This document shows positions 1 to 9,275 of a stretch of DNA of 64,000 nt, piece after piece (the stretch's first letter is position 1; each line of letters begins with the position of its first letter). The stretch is from a virus. A model generated the notes under the pieces. It was not told the DNA's origin. It saw only the letters and a list, made by a program, of their open reading frames with translations, and made no database searches. The position numbers were made by a program, and so were the translations under genes. The stretch is taken from IMG/VR virus record IMGVR_UViG_3300028008_001363, positions 1 through 64,000 of that record; one strand, 5' to 3'.

Positions 1-759
1 CTATTGAACGAACTAGATGTAGATGCTGGTGATATTATGATTATCAACGCATCGAATGAGAATAATGTTGATACGATGCGAACAAAGATACAAGGCTTTG
101 CAAGTAGTTTTCCATTCTCTGGCGAGTTCAAATATGTATTACTAGACGAAGCAGACTATTTGTCGCCAAATGCACAAGCAATCTTGCGTAATATGATGGA
201 AACTTATTCACAGACTTGTCGTTTCATTCTAACATGTAACTATCCAAACAAAGTTCTTCCAGCAATTCACTCTCGTTGTCAAGGTTATCACATTGAGAAA
301 CTAGACCAAACTGAATTTACAGTTCGAGTTGCTACAATTCTTCTAACAGAAGAAACTGAATTTGTTCCAGAAGATTTAGATGTATATGTTAAATCAACTT
401 ATCCAGATTTACGTAAATGTATCAATATGGTTCAGCAGAACATTGTTGATAATAAACTTCAACAACCCGGTGCTGGTGAAAGTGGTGAAAGTGATTGGAT
501 ATTAGAATACGTTGCATTATTTCAATTAGGCAAAGTATCAGAAGCAAGAAAACTTATTGTATCGAAAGCAAGGGCAGAAGAATACGAAGGTGTATATCGT
601 AAACTATATGAGAACCTAGATTGGTTTGGTGAAGATGATATTTCACAGGGCAAAGCATTGCTTTGTATCAGAGACGGTCTTGTAAATCATGGTGTTGTTG
701 TAGACCCAGAGATTAACTTGAGTGCGACTTTACTTGAACTTCAATACATTGTAAAATAA
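1..759 (+). CDS. Clamp loader AAA+ subunit (RFC/T4 gp44-like), 5' truncated by the window
   Basis: INASNE, Walker B LLDEAD, AQAILR, FILTCNY and SRC motifs of RFC small subunits. Confidence 0.92.
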   Translation, partial: LLNELDVDAGDIMIINASNENNVDTMRTKIQGFASSFPFSGEFKYVLLDEADYLSPNAQAILRNMMETYSQTCRFILTCNYPNKVLPAIHSRCQGYHIEKLDQTEFTVRVATILLTEETEFVPEDLDVYVKSTYPDLRKCINMVQQNIVDNKLQQPGAGESGESDWILEYVALFQLGKVSEARKLIVSKARAEEYEGVYRKLYENLDWFGEDDISQGKALLCIRDGLVNHGVVVDPEINLSATLLELQYIVK

Positions 760-760
760 T

Positions 761-1180
761 ATGGAACACGGAGAAGAACCATATTCACCTAGAAGAATAA
801 TAAATGATGAACAGGAAGCGATTATTGGTGGTGAATTTCTTGCTTATCTAATTAGTAAAGCAGACAACCAAGACCCAATTACGCCATTTTCATCTATAAA
901 GACTATCGATGATAATCTGAGAATTCACATAAATCGCACAAATGATTTGAAATGGGCAATAGATGATGCTATTGGATGGATTAATGATGATGATTGTGAT
1001 TACGTTATCATCGGTGATGATGCCGATGCATATTCTACTGAATTATGTGAGAGTTTACAATCATTATTTCAAACTTATGCACCAGTAGAAATAACAAAAC
1101 AAGATGAATGGATTATTGTTAAGATAAATATCAAAGATAAGAACATCATCATAAACAACCAAACTATAAAAATCGAGTAA
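761..1180 (+). CDS. hypothetical protein
   Basis: 139-aa ORF tightly packed in operon. Confidence 0.6.
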   Translation: MEHGEEPYSPRRIINDEQEAIIGGEFLAYLISKADNQDPITPFSSIKTIDDNLRIHINRTNDLKWAIDDAIGWINDDDCDYVIIGDDADAYSTELCESLQSLFQTYAPVEITKQDEWIIVKINIKDKNIIINNQTIKIE

Positions 1181-1181
1181 C

Positions 1182-1505
1182 ATGGCAAAAAAAGCATATC
1201 TAGTATTAACACACTCTTTCGCACCGGCACCAGGTGCCGACCCCTCAATGAAGAACTTCGCAACTGAAGGCGAATGGCAGATGCACGAATCTATATTCTT
1301 TGTAACAAGAATTAGAAAACGTTGGTATCAGTCTGCTACTACTATTGTGAATATTTCTGATGGCATTATAGAAAAGAATAATGCCGAAACTTCAGATTAC
1401 AATCAAATTGTTCAACACGTAATGATTAAGTATCCTGCACAATACAATTCATTCATAAAAGAATGTAAAGCAGAAGGTCTAATCACTAAAGGGTCGAGCG
1501 AATAA
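1182..1505 (+). CDS. hypothetical protein
   Basis: 107-aa ORF in operon. Confidence 0.6.
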   Translation: MAKKAYLVLTHSFAPAPGADPSMKNFATEGEWQMHESIFFVTRIRKRWYQSATTIVNISDGIIEKNNAETSDYNQIVQHVMIKYPAQYNSFIKECKAEGLITKGSSE

Positions 1506-1513
1506 AGGATAAA

Positions 1514-1822
1514 ATGGACTTACACGGACTTGATTTAAACACTGGATGGCAAGAATACAGAAGAGCCACAGAAGAGTGTTACAATAAGAAAATAAAAAAT
1601 CTAAAAGTGATTACAGGTCAAGGTGAGATGGCAAAAGAATTTCTAGGATGGGTTCATGCAGACCCATTTGCTATTTCGGCTAGAAATCCTGAGAACAATA
1701 AAGGTTCTTGGACTGTATCGATTAAGAAACACAAGACCGAGAACAAACTGCCGAAAGGTGCAAACAAAAATAAATTAGATTTAGAAATACTTTTTACTAA
1801 ATTTAAAAAGATTGGAGAATAA
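1514..1822 (+). CDS. Stand-alone Smr domain protein (putative endonuclease)
   Basis: N-terminal DLHG and VITGxG motifs; SD AAGGA. Confidence 0.75.
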   Translation: MDLHGLDLNTGWQEYRRATEECYNKKIKNLKVITGQGEMAKEFLGWVHADPFAISARNPENNKGSWTVSIKKHKTENKLPKGANKNKLDLEILFTKFKKIGE

Positions 1823-1823
1823 A

Positions 1824-2459
1824 ATGTTAAATGAACTACTGAAAAAGCGATTTACTACTAGGTTCTGGGATGATTCAAAAGAAGTTCCTTATGAATTAAT
1901 ACAAAGTGTACTACAAGACGTATATGATGCACCAAGAAAGAATGGTGATACCAGAGTTGTTGTTAAAGTATTGACACCTAGTGAAGAAGGTGAAAAAATG
2001 AAAGACGAACTATTAAAATTAAGTTGGTGTAGGGATGGCGATAAAGCCGCAATAGACAACACAGGACCTATTAGAGTACAAGGACAATTTACAGCGCCTT
2101 ATGTTCTGTTATTTGGTACTACAGAAGAAACTGAATATGACCAACACAATGTAGCAAACGCAACACTACAAACAACATTAGCAATGGTATCAGCAGAAGA
2201 AAAAGGATTGAATACAGCATATTGCCAATGTATAGAACCAGAAGAAGCGTTTGCATCTGATGTAAACTTTTTTGTAATGAGTGGGCTAGGTATAGGCTAT
2301 GCTCAAACACCCACAGAAGAACCAGAACGTTACCCAATAGACAGAGTTACTATTTTAGAAAATGAAGTTCATTATGATACGTCAAATGTGATACCTGGTA
2401 ATAAGTACTTTGGTGAAAGAGAAAAACCTCAGTTATCAGATATGAGTATTATTATCTAA
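1824..2459 (+). CDS. Nitroreductase-family protein
   Basis: LLKKRFTTRFW, DAP, AMVSAEEKGLNTAY, GIGY; ATG at 1824 after GGAG. Confidence 0.75.
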   Translation: MLNELLKKRFTTRFWDDSKEVPYELIQSVLQDVYDAPRKNGDTRVVVKVLTPSEEGEKMKDELLKLSWCRDGDKAAIDNTGPIRVQGQFTAPYVLLFGTTEETEYDQHNVANATLQTTLAMVSAEEKGLNTAYCQCIEPEEAFASDVNFFVMSGLGIGYAQTPTEEPERYPIDRVTILENEVHYDTSNVIPGNKYFGEREKPQLSDMSIII

Positions 2460-2783
2460 ATGAATTGCTTAGTATTAGGCATAGCATTATCAATGCACGT
2501 AGGTCTACAAGATGACTACAATCAGACACATCCATATTTAATGTGTGAGACTGGTGAAATAATAACTGGTGCATATTACAATAGTTTGGATAAAGTAAGT
2601 TTAGTAGCGGCAAAAGAGTATAGTTTGTCTGATGATTTGAAAGTAGACCTAGGCCTTGTTACAGGATATACATATGATGTTGTACCTATGTTCAGAGTTA
2701 GATACAAAGATTTTTTTATGATGCCTGCACTTGAAGACGATAGAGGTGGATTAGTTTTTGGAATACAGATTGATTTAAATTAA
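2460..2783 (+). CDS. Small exported beta-strand-rich protein (possible outer-membrane barrel)
   Basis: Hydrophobic N-terminus, YYNS and GLVTGY amphipathic strands. Confidence 0.4.
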   Translation: MNCLVLGIALSMHVGLQDDYNQTHPYLMCETGEIITGAYYNSLDKVSLVAAKEYSLSDDLKVDLGLVTGYTYDVVPMFRVRYKDFFMMPALEDDRGGLVFGIQIDLN

Positions 2784-2799
2784 CAATGGAGTGTAATAC

Positions 2800-3030
2800 G
2801 TGACATTTGAAGACGCATATAGAAAATACGAAGAATTGACAATAGAACTAAGTCTAACAAATGAGCCAATGGAACTTGCAGGTGCTATGATGGGGCAAGC
2901 AATGAAGTTGTACAAAATGGTTCTCACACCTGATGAATTTGATGCACTAATGATAATAATTTCTAAAGCAAGTGAATTAGATGATACTTCATGGCCAGAT
3001 GATGAAACACCGTCAGGAACAATTCACTAA
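2800..3030 (+). CDS. hypothetical protein
   Basis: GTG start after GGAG. Confidence 0.55.
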   Translation: MTFEDAYRKYEELTIELSLTNEPMELAGAMMGQAMKLYKMVLTPDEFDALMIIISKASELDDTSWPDDETPSGTIH

Positions 3031-3254
3031 TGGAAAAGAAATGGAATGATTTTAGAAGTCAGTATATGGGTATTATTCAAAACCTAATAAACAATATTGA
3101 TATTTGTAATCGAAGATACGCAGAAGAAGGTGACGAGGGTTATCTATCTGCAAGAAAAAAGTATATTGAAGAAGTAGAAGAACTTAAGACATTTATTGTA
3201 AAGAAAGAACTTGAACTGGGTTACTACAAAAAGGAGCCGAAAGATGAAAAATAA
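3030..3254 (+). CDS. hypothetical protein
   Basis: TAATG stop/start overlap. Confidence 0.55.
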   Translation: MEKKWNDFRSQYMGIIQNLINNIDICNRRYAEEGDEGYLSARKKYIEEVEELKTFIVKKELELGYYKKEPKDEK

Positions 3255-3405
3255 AAATAGAAAAGCAGTAATAGTTGAAGAGACACACTATGTTGTCAAA
3301 ATGTATGAAGACGAAACATTGGTAGAAGAGCGACCAATTGTTGGTCATAGTAAACGTTACGCAGAAGATTGTGCTGAAAACTGGGAAAATGGAGTTATTA
3401 AGTAA
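3244..3405 (+). CDS. small hypothetical protein
   Basis: ATG at 3244 after AGGAG; YAEDCAENW motif. Confidence 0.55.
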   Translation: MKNKNRKAVIVEETHYVVKMYEDETLVEERPIVGHSKRYAEDCAENWENGVIK

Positions 3406-3683
3406 TGAAACGCAATTGGTTCAACAAGCATCTCTTAGACTACGGAACAGACCAAGATGAAGTTTCTGTTTTAAAGTTTATTAAGATATATTTTCTTCAT
3501 TTCAAGTTAGCATTTAGAGAATTCATATTCTTGGCACATGCCGCCTTTGCGGCACTAGTACACACTTTATTCCCATTTTGGTATGGGTTTGAAATGATTG
3601 ACTGGCAAATTGATATGCTAAAAAGATTGCATAAGAAGTTACCAGATTTAGAAGTTTGGAAACGTATAGAATTTAAAGATTAA
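3405..3683 (+). CDS. hypothetical membrane protein (DUF6356-like)
   Basis: HL...YFLHFKLA...ALVHTLFPF pattern. Confidence 0.5.
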   Translation: MKRNWFNKHLLDYGTDQDEVSVLKFIKIYFLHFKLAFREFIFLAHAAFAALVHTLFPFWYGFEMIDWQIDMLKRLHKKLPDLEVWKRIEFKD

Positions 3684-3691
3684 AGAATAAT

Positions 3692-3766
3692 GTTCGGTTC
3701 GTCTATCGGTTAGGACTCCAGGTTTTCATCCTGGCAAGAGGGGTTCGATTCCCCTACCGAATGCCA
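3692..3766 (+). tRNA. tRNA-Glu(TTC)
   Basis: Cloverleaf; anticodon arm CCAGG-TT-TTC-AT-CCTGG; GTTCGA T-loop; encoded CCA. Confidence 0.95.
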
Positions 3767-3791
3767 CTAATAATAGGAGAGACTTCTCTCG

Positions 3792-3860
3792 GGCGAGGGA
3801 GACATACATATGCCAAGGAGCCCACTCAAATAACCTCCAGTGCTATCATGTCTCCCGCCA
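3792..3860 (+). ncRNA. Candidate structured small RNA downstream of tRNA-Glu
   Basis: GGGAGACAT (3797-3805) pairs perfectly with ATGTCTCCC (3848-3856); GC-rich; ends in CCA. Confidence 0.35.
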
Positions 3861-3892
3861 AACTTAAAAAACCCTAGAAAACCGCTAAAAAC

Positions 3893-3921
3893 TTGACAAG
3901 ATTTGAGTTTAGTGTTATACT
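3893..3921 (+). promoter_or_regulatory. sigma70-like early promoter
   Basis: TTGACA-17-TATACT with TG extension. Confidence 0.85.
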
Positions 3922-3958
3922 TATTTTATAAGTTAATTAATTTAGGAGTTATTCCAGT

Positions 3959-5290
3959 ATGAAATCGTTAGTATACAAGACAGAAACGCAATCAGTTTGT
4001 GACTTTCTTGGTAGAGATAACATAGATGCGGATCCACCGCACCAACGCCCTCAAATACAAGATAATAATAAACGTAAGGGCATCATTGAAGCGATGGTAT
4101 CTGGAATAGATATTGGCGAGGTTAAGTTAAACCAAACTTCAGAGGACCCAGAAGAATTAGAAGTAATTGACGGGTCAAATAGATTACGTTCTATTAGGCA
4201 GTTTAGTGATAATAAGTTTTCTGTCTATGAAAAGACCTTTTCAGAGTTATCAAGTGAAGAACAAGATATATTTCTAAATTATCCTCTTCGATATATAATT
4301 TATGACAATTTATCACCACGAGACAAAGCATATCAGTTCCAAGCAACGAACAAAACAACTCAAGTAAACCACCAAGAAAAATTGAATTCATATGGTGTTG
4401 ATTTGTTAGCATCTTTGGTACGAGAATGTGTGCGTACAATTCCAGGAACAGATACAGTTCCAGAAGCATTGTTTCAATCTAGTATTAACAGAAAAGGTGA
4501 CAAGTTGAATTTCAGATTTTTTCAGTTTGATAATAATCAATTGAAAATTGAAGATGATGTGGCTCGTATTGCCTATCTTTGTAATTCAGATGAAGGTCTA
4601 ATTGGACATGAAGATAAAAAGATGGAAAAATTCTATGATACTCATGGTCTTAATGAAAAAGAAATTAAATCACTTCAAAAGAAAATGAAAAAGGTATTTA
4701 CGTTTGTTATGAAAAACGCAAACGCACGAATAGAAGGACCATGGGGATTAGGATTAAGTCGTTTAGAATTTAGAGCCTTGTATCGTTTATATTTTCATCT
4801 GAAAGATACCTACGGTGATTTTCACATTGAAGACTATGCAGAGTTCTTTACAGCCTTTAAACAAGGACACGATGCTTTCGCTGGTAGTATACCAACACGA
4901 AAAGAAATAGTAATTGATAAAAATGGTGTAGAAAAACTTGAATCTCAAGTATATACCAAAGCCTTAGGAAGCCACGAAAAATCTTGTGAGGTTGCAGTCA
5001 CATACTTACTAGAAGAGTTTGATGTAGAGCAATATTTGACTAATTTGGATAACAAAAGAGTATTCTCACGTGATGAACAAGAAACTCAACTTCAACGTCA
5101 GGACTTCAAATGTTGGGTTGATGGTTTACCATTAGCAATGAATGAAGCAGAAGGTGGACACATCGTTTCGCACATCAAAGGTGGTAAAACTGATGCTGAG
5201 AACTTTCGTATGATGCGAAGAATTCACAATCGAAAGATGGGTAAGCAGAATGCTAGGGAATACAAAGAAAAGTTCCTAGAAGGTGCATAA
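3959..5290 (+). CDS. GmrSD-like DUF262 + HNH nuclease
   Basis: HQR, VIDGSNRL and F..N motifs of DUF262; C-terminal GHIVSHIKGGKT..N...HN HNH. Confidence 0.8.
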   Translation: MKSLVYKTETQSVCDFLGRDNIDADPPHQRPQIQDNNKRKGIIEAMVSGIDIGEVKLNQTSEDPEELEVIDGSNRLRSIRQFSDNKFSVYEKTFSELSSEEQDIFLNYPLRYIIYDNLSPRDKAYQFQATNKTTQVNHQEKLNSYGVDLLASLVRECVRTIPGTDTVPEALFQSSINRKGDKLNFRFFQFDNNQLKIEDDVARIAYLCNSDEGLIGHEDKKMEKFYDTHGLNEKEIKSLQKKMKKVFTFVMKNANARIEGPWGLGLSRLEFRALYRLYFHLKDTYGDFHIEDYAEFFTAFKQGHDAFAGSIPTRKEIVIDKNGVEKLESQVYTKALGSHEKSCEVAVTYLLEEFDVEQYLTNLDNKRVFSRDEQETQLQRQDFKCWVDGLPLAMNEAEGGHIVSHIKGGKTDAENFRMMRRIHNRKMGKQNAREYKEKFLEGA

Positions 5291-5293
5291 AAC

Positions 5294-5321
5294 TTGACAA
5301 TTCTGTCAGGTGTGTTATAAT
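5294..5321 (+). promoter_or_regulatory. sigma70-like early promoter
   Basis: TTGACA-16-TATAAT. Confidence 0.85.
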
Positions 5322-5352
5322 AATTACATAATTAACAAAAAGGAATAGAACC

Positions 5353-5562
5353 ATGGGTATGTCAAGTTACATTTTCGATAACGTAGATAAGTTCTGGGAC
5401 ATTGCAGAGGAAGTTGCCTCTAGGAATGAGACAGGCGAAATCAAAATAGATTTTGATGAATTTAGAAATCAAATGCTAAAACATGCTGACCTATTATCTG
5501 GTTCAGATTTAAGTGATGATGTTGAAGAAGCAATATATCAAGCATGGTCAGACAACCTTTAA
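5353..5562 (+). CDS. small acidic early protein
   Basis: SD AAGGA, downstream of early promoter. Confidence 0.6.
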   Translation: MGMSSYIFDNVDKFWDIAEEVASRNETGEIKIDFDEFRNQMLKHADLLSGSDLSDDVEEAIYQAWSDNL

Positions 5563-5568
5563 GATACT

Positions 5569-5733
5569 ATGAAAAGAAAAAAGAAGGTACATTTCTTGTA
5601 TCATATAAAGGACGTAGGCTTTAAGATGCTAACTGAATCACAAGCAAGAAAGTATAAAGATAAACATGGCGATGTTATATGGAATGTTCATACAACATTA
5701 GATATTTTACCCGAATTACTACCGGAGACTTAA
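5569..5733 (+). CDS. small hypothetical protein (54 aa, not in ORF track)
   Basis: ATG..TAA filling the gap; MKRKKKVHFLYH... Confidence 0.45.
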   Translation: MKRKKKVHFLYHIKDVGFKMLTESQARKYKDKHGDVIWNVHTTLDILPELLPET

Positions 5734-6852
5734 ATGGATAATATTACGACATTAGATGCATTATACAAACGTGACTCAAAAGGTAAACTTAGAGTTTGGG
5801 AAGTACAATGGGGCTATACTGGTGATGTTGCTGGTACAAGAACTATTAGTGGACTTGTAGATGGCAAGAAAGTTGAATCAGGTTGGAATATCAGTGAAGC
5901 AAAGAATGTAGGTCGTGCAAACGCAACTACATCTATCACTCAAGCAGAAGCAGAGGCTAAATCTCAGTGGGATATTAAAGCAGAGAAAGAATACTTTAAA
6001 GACCCTAAAGATGTAGACACTTATGACAAGTTTAAGCCGATGTTAGCACACGACTACACAAAAACTAAAGTTCCTGTAACTGAGGGTTGGGTTCAGCCTA
6101 AACTTGATGGTATTCGTTGTATCGTAAACAAGAATGGTATGTGGACTAGAAGTGGTAAAGCAATTACAAGTTGCCCACATATTTGGGAGTCTTTGCAAGG
6201 TTTCATGGAGCAAAATCCACATTACATCTTAGATGGTGAATTATACAACCACGAACTAAAAGCAGATTTCAACAAAATCATTTCACTTGTGCGTAAAGTT
6301 AAGAGTACACCTAGTGATATTGAAGAAGCCGCAAGTCTTGTGCAGTATCACGTTTATGATATGTGTGATACATCTGCACCAGAAATGACTTTTGTTAATC
6401 GTATCAAACAAGCCTATTGGGCTAAGAACGATTATGTTCACATAGTAACAACTGATTTTTGTGAAACACAGGATGAACTTGATGAACTATACAGTGATTA
6501 TATGACAAACGGTTATGAAGGACAAATGGTTCGTCAGAATAGTCCATATGAAAATAAACGTAGTAAGTCTTTACTAAAGCGTAAAGAGTTTATTACAGAA
6601 GAATATGATGTTGTAAGTGTAGAAGAAGGCCAAGGTAATTGGGCTGGTTATGCCAAACGATTTGTATTGAAACTGCCAAATGGTGCAGAGTTCGGTGCTG
6701 GTGTTAGAGGCAATCAAGCACAGTTAGAAGAACTCTGGAATTCAGACACAAAACCTACTTGGGCAACATTGCGTTATTTTGAAATGACACCAGACGGTGT
6801 TCCAAGATTTCCAGTAGTCATTGATTATGGCACTGGTGTAAGAGAAGATTAA
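5734..6852 (+). CDS. ATP-dependent DNA ligase
   Basis: PMLA, KLDGIR (KxDG), LDGELY, EGQMVR, LLKRK and PRFP motifs. Confidence 0.95.
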   Translation: MDNITTLDALYKRDSKGKLRVWEVQWGYTGDVAGTRTISGLVDGKKVESGWNISEAKNVGRANATTSITQAEAEAKSQWDIKAEKEYFKDPKDVDTYDKFKPMLAHDYTKTKVPVTEGWVQPKLDGIRCIVNKNGMWTRSGKAITSCPHIWESLQGFMEQNPHYILDGELYNHELKADFNKIISLVRKVKSTPSDIEEAASLVQYHVYDMCDTSAPEMTFVNRIKQAYWAKNDYVHIVTTDFCETQDELDELYSDYMTNGYEGQMVRQNSPYENKRSKSLLKRKEFITEEYDVVSVEEGQGNWAGYAKRFVLKLPNGAEFGAGVRGNQAQLEELWNSDTKPTWATLRYFEMTPDGVPRFPVVIDYGTGVRED

Positions 6853-6872
6853 TTTAACAGAAAGAAGTTTTA

Positions 6873-7163
6873 ATGACAAGTTTTATAATTGACTGGTATA
6901 ATGTAATAATGGATAGTGAAAAGAATCCACTATCTAACATCAAAGATTTAAGAGTACGCCATATGGTGATGCAAATATTAGCATGGATGTGGTGTATTGT
7001 ATTCACTGCTATGACAGGTACTTGGATGTATCTAGGTGCTAACATACTATTACATACATTACTATTAGGTGCTGTATGTATAACAGTAGCAACATTCGAA
7101 GCCGCTAAACGCAAACCACAAATATTCTATACATTGCGTGGTGATGGTGGTGAACATGAATAA
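6873..7163 (+). CDS. hypothetical membrane protein
   Basis: Two hydrophobic segments. Confidence 0.6.
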   Translation: MTSFIIDWYNVIMDSEKNPLSNIKDLRVRHMVMQILAWMWCIVFTAMTGTWMYLGANILLHTLLLGAVCITVATFEAAKRKPQIFYTLRGDGGEHE

Positions 7164-7266
7164 AGTATTCTTTGCAATTATTGTTGGACTTTTACTAGCA
7201 ATAGGCTTTAATCAACCGAATGAATACAGTTCAACCACAGATGAAAGTTTTGAAACAACTGAGTAA
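7156..7266 (+). CDS. small membrane peptide (36 aa, not in ORF track)
   Basis: MNKVFFAIIVGLLLAIGF..., overlaps the previous stop. Confidence 0.4.
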   Translation: MNKVFFAIIVGLLLAIGFNQPNEYSSTTDESFETTE

Positions 7267-7278
7267 GGGAGTATTCAG

Positions 7279-7716
7279 GTGAGTATGCATTTATTAGGTC
7301 CTGGCATGACTACAACTAACTACAAAAAGAGAAAAAAGAAACCTCTTTCTGTAGCAAAAGAAAATCAACTTAAGATTGATTGGAAAAAGTACAATAAAGA
7401 TTGTCGTAGGAAAAATATGCATGCCGCCCAGTTCGATACTTTTGATGATTATCGTAAATATGTTCGTGGTGAGTACAAAGCACCAAAGCAACGTCCAAAC
7501 CCACTAAATAACTATCAAGCACCTAAAGTGCGTGAAACACAGGATTATCCAAGTTTGAGTAATACAATTTCTGCTCCTGCTGGTAAAAAAGAACCAATGA
7601 AATATACAGGTGAAAGAAAACTACTTGGTATTGCTACGATGCATAAGAGTAATATGGTTCCTGTGTTTGAAGACCAAAAAGAACAAGCAGTAGAAATAGC
7701 ACAAATGAGGCGCTAG
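7279..7716 (+). CDS. basic hypothetical phage protein
   Basis: GTG after GGGAG; C-terminal GIATMHKSNMVPVF motif. Confidence 0.65.
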   Translation: MSMHLLGPGMTTTNYKKRKKKPLSVAKENQLKIDWKKYNKDCRRKNMHAAQFDTFDDYRKYVRGEYKAPKQRPNPLNNYQAPKVRETQDYPSLSNTISAPAGKKEPMKYTGERKLLGIATMHKSNMVPVFEDQKEQAVEIAQMRR

Positions 7717-8334
7717 ATGAACTTTAAAGATATATTATGGATGCCAATCGACCTTCCTGTCTTTGACATGAAAGATGAATTAGTGAATGACTTTAGCGTA
7801 GACTTTGTTGCAGACGCTAAAGATTATGATGTTCGTGGTCAACTATTTTTAGAACACTCTAATAATTATTCAATATCTAAAGTGAAAGAGGGTTTAACAA
7901 ACTCTCAAAATCACTTGATAGATTATTGCAAAACAAATTTACCATTTACTGACTTAGTTAACATCAAAATTCATCATATCAAAACTACAGGAATGAAGTT
8001 ACATATAGATTTTGGTGACCCAGAAAAGAACTTAGAACTATTCAAACACACAAATGAGCATGAGCCTTGTGGTTTTAGAATGATTGTAAAGGGAACTAAA
8101 TCCGGCGATATGGTAGTTAGCACTAATGATAAAATCATTGTTCCTACAATGCCAGATGAAACAGATTGGTATGCTCTTAATTACACCGAAGGTTTACACG
8201 GTTCAAATCCAGCATCAACTGATATAGATGATAGATATGTTCTATTCTGTATGGGATGGATAGATAAAGATAAACACAAAGAACTTATAAATCGCAGTAT
8301 TGACAAGTATAGCGATTTTATCGTAAAAAATTAA
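7717..8334 (+). CDS. hypothetical protein (possible cupin/2OG-oxygenase-like fold)
   Basis: HxD (HID) and distal H (LHGS) spacing. Confidence 0.45.
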   Translation: MNFKDILWMPIDLPVFDMKDELVNDFSVDFVADAKDYDVRGQLFLEHSNNYSISKVKEGLTNSQNHLIDYCKTNLPFTDLVNIKIHHIKTTGMKLHIDFGDPEKNLELFKHTNEHEPCGFRMIVKGTKSGDMVVSTNDKIIVPTMPDETDWYALNYTEGLHGSNPASTDIDDRYVLFCMGWIDKDKHKELINRSIDKYSDFIVKN

Positions 8335-8414
8335 AGATTTTACCTAATATTAGCATCATATTTTAACATCCTCATAAATATTTTTTGAGAACTTATGAGT
8401 TTAAAAAATTAATG

Positions 8415-8506
8415 TAGCAACCTTCTCATTACGAGGTGCCAATGTACAGGGCAATAGCAAAGAGAGGACTACTAATCAGTTATACGAGGGTCGCTACCTC
8501 GAACTG
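8415..8506 (+). ncRNA. Candidate structured RNA in intergenic region
   Basis: GC-richer island with hairpins TGCC/GGCA and CAGTT..CGAGG/CCTCG-AACTG. Confidence 0.3.
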
Positions 8507-8527
8507 TAAAATTAATTAATAAAAGAC

Positions 8528-8556
8528 TTGTATATGTCTGTTAGATGGTGTATAAT
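8528..8556 (+). promoter_or_regulatory. sigma70-like promoter
   Basis: TTGTAT-17-TATAAT. Confidence 0.55.
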
Positions 8557-8592
8557 AAAAAGATATTAATACAACATTAGAAGGATATATCC

Positions 8593-9006
8593 ATGTCGAA
8601 CAAAGTAAATCTCCAGTCATATCAAAATTTCGTCCAAGCAGTGACTAGTGACGAAGCAAATGAACTCACCCCTTTTATTAATCGTTTAAACGAACTATCT
8701 GAAACTACTGGATGTAATATTCCATTATTCTTAAATAGTGCGATTGGCATGGCAGCCGAAGGTGGGGAATTTGCAGAAATCCCAAAGAAAGTATGTTTTC
8801 AAGGTAAGCCACTAGATGAAGACACTATCTTTCATGCGAAAAGGGAACTCGGTGATATTATTTGGTATTGGATGAATGCATGTCGTTCACTGAACTTAGA
8901 CCCTAATGAAGTAATCGCAGAAAATGTAAATAAATTAGAATCACGTTATCCTGGTGGTTCATTTGATGTTCATTATAGTGAAAATAGACAAGACGGCGAT
9001 TTATAA
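8593..9006 (+). CDS. mazG: MazG-like nucleotide pyrophosphohydrolase
   Basis: GMAAEGGEFAEIPKK, RELGDIIWY, NVNKLESRYP. Confidence 0.9.
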   Translation: MSNKVNLQSYQNFVQAVTSDEANELTPFINRLNELSETTGCNIPLFLNSAIGMAAEGGEFAEIPKKVCFQGKPLDEDTIFHAKRELGDIIWYWMNACRSLNLDPNEVIAENVNKLESRYPGGSFDVHYSENRQDGDL

Positions 9007-9009
9007 ATA
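9002..9009 (+). promoter_or_regulatory. T4-like late promoter (leaderless geometry)
   Basis: TATAAATA 5 nt before ATG at 9015. Confidence 0.55.
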
Positions 9010-9014
9010 CTATT

Positions 9015-9275
9015 ATGTTTGAAATAGACGATTACGATAAATTATCAGAAGAAGAACTGGATGAGAAAATCCAAGATGTTCTAAAGAAAGTGGACATGGC
9101 GTATTCAATGGGTAATAACGAAGTTATGAACCAACTACTTTTTCATTTAGATAATTTAAAAATGGCATTAGGTGACAAACTTGAAAAGCAAAGATATGAT
9201 GCAATTTCAGGTAAGTTGCCAGAGCAATTCAGTATAACTGATGATGAATTAGACGAGGACCCAGAAAAGAAATAA
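9015..9275 (+). CDS. hypothetical acidic protein
   Basis: 86-aa ORF. Confidence 0.6.
   Translation: MFEIDDYDKLSEEELDEKIQDVLKKVDMAYSMGNNEVMNQLLFHLDNLKMALGDKLEKQRYDAISGKLPEQFSITDDELDEDPEKK

Noticed and set aside
8418-8442. SAM-I riboswitch (GCAACC...GGTGC)
   Set aside because: Only the P3-like motif is present; no P1/P2 kink-turn or pseudoknot, and the downstream gene is unrelated
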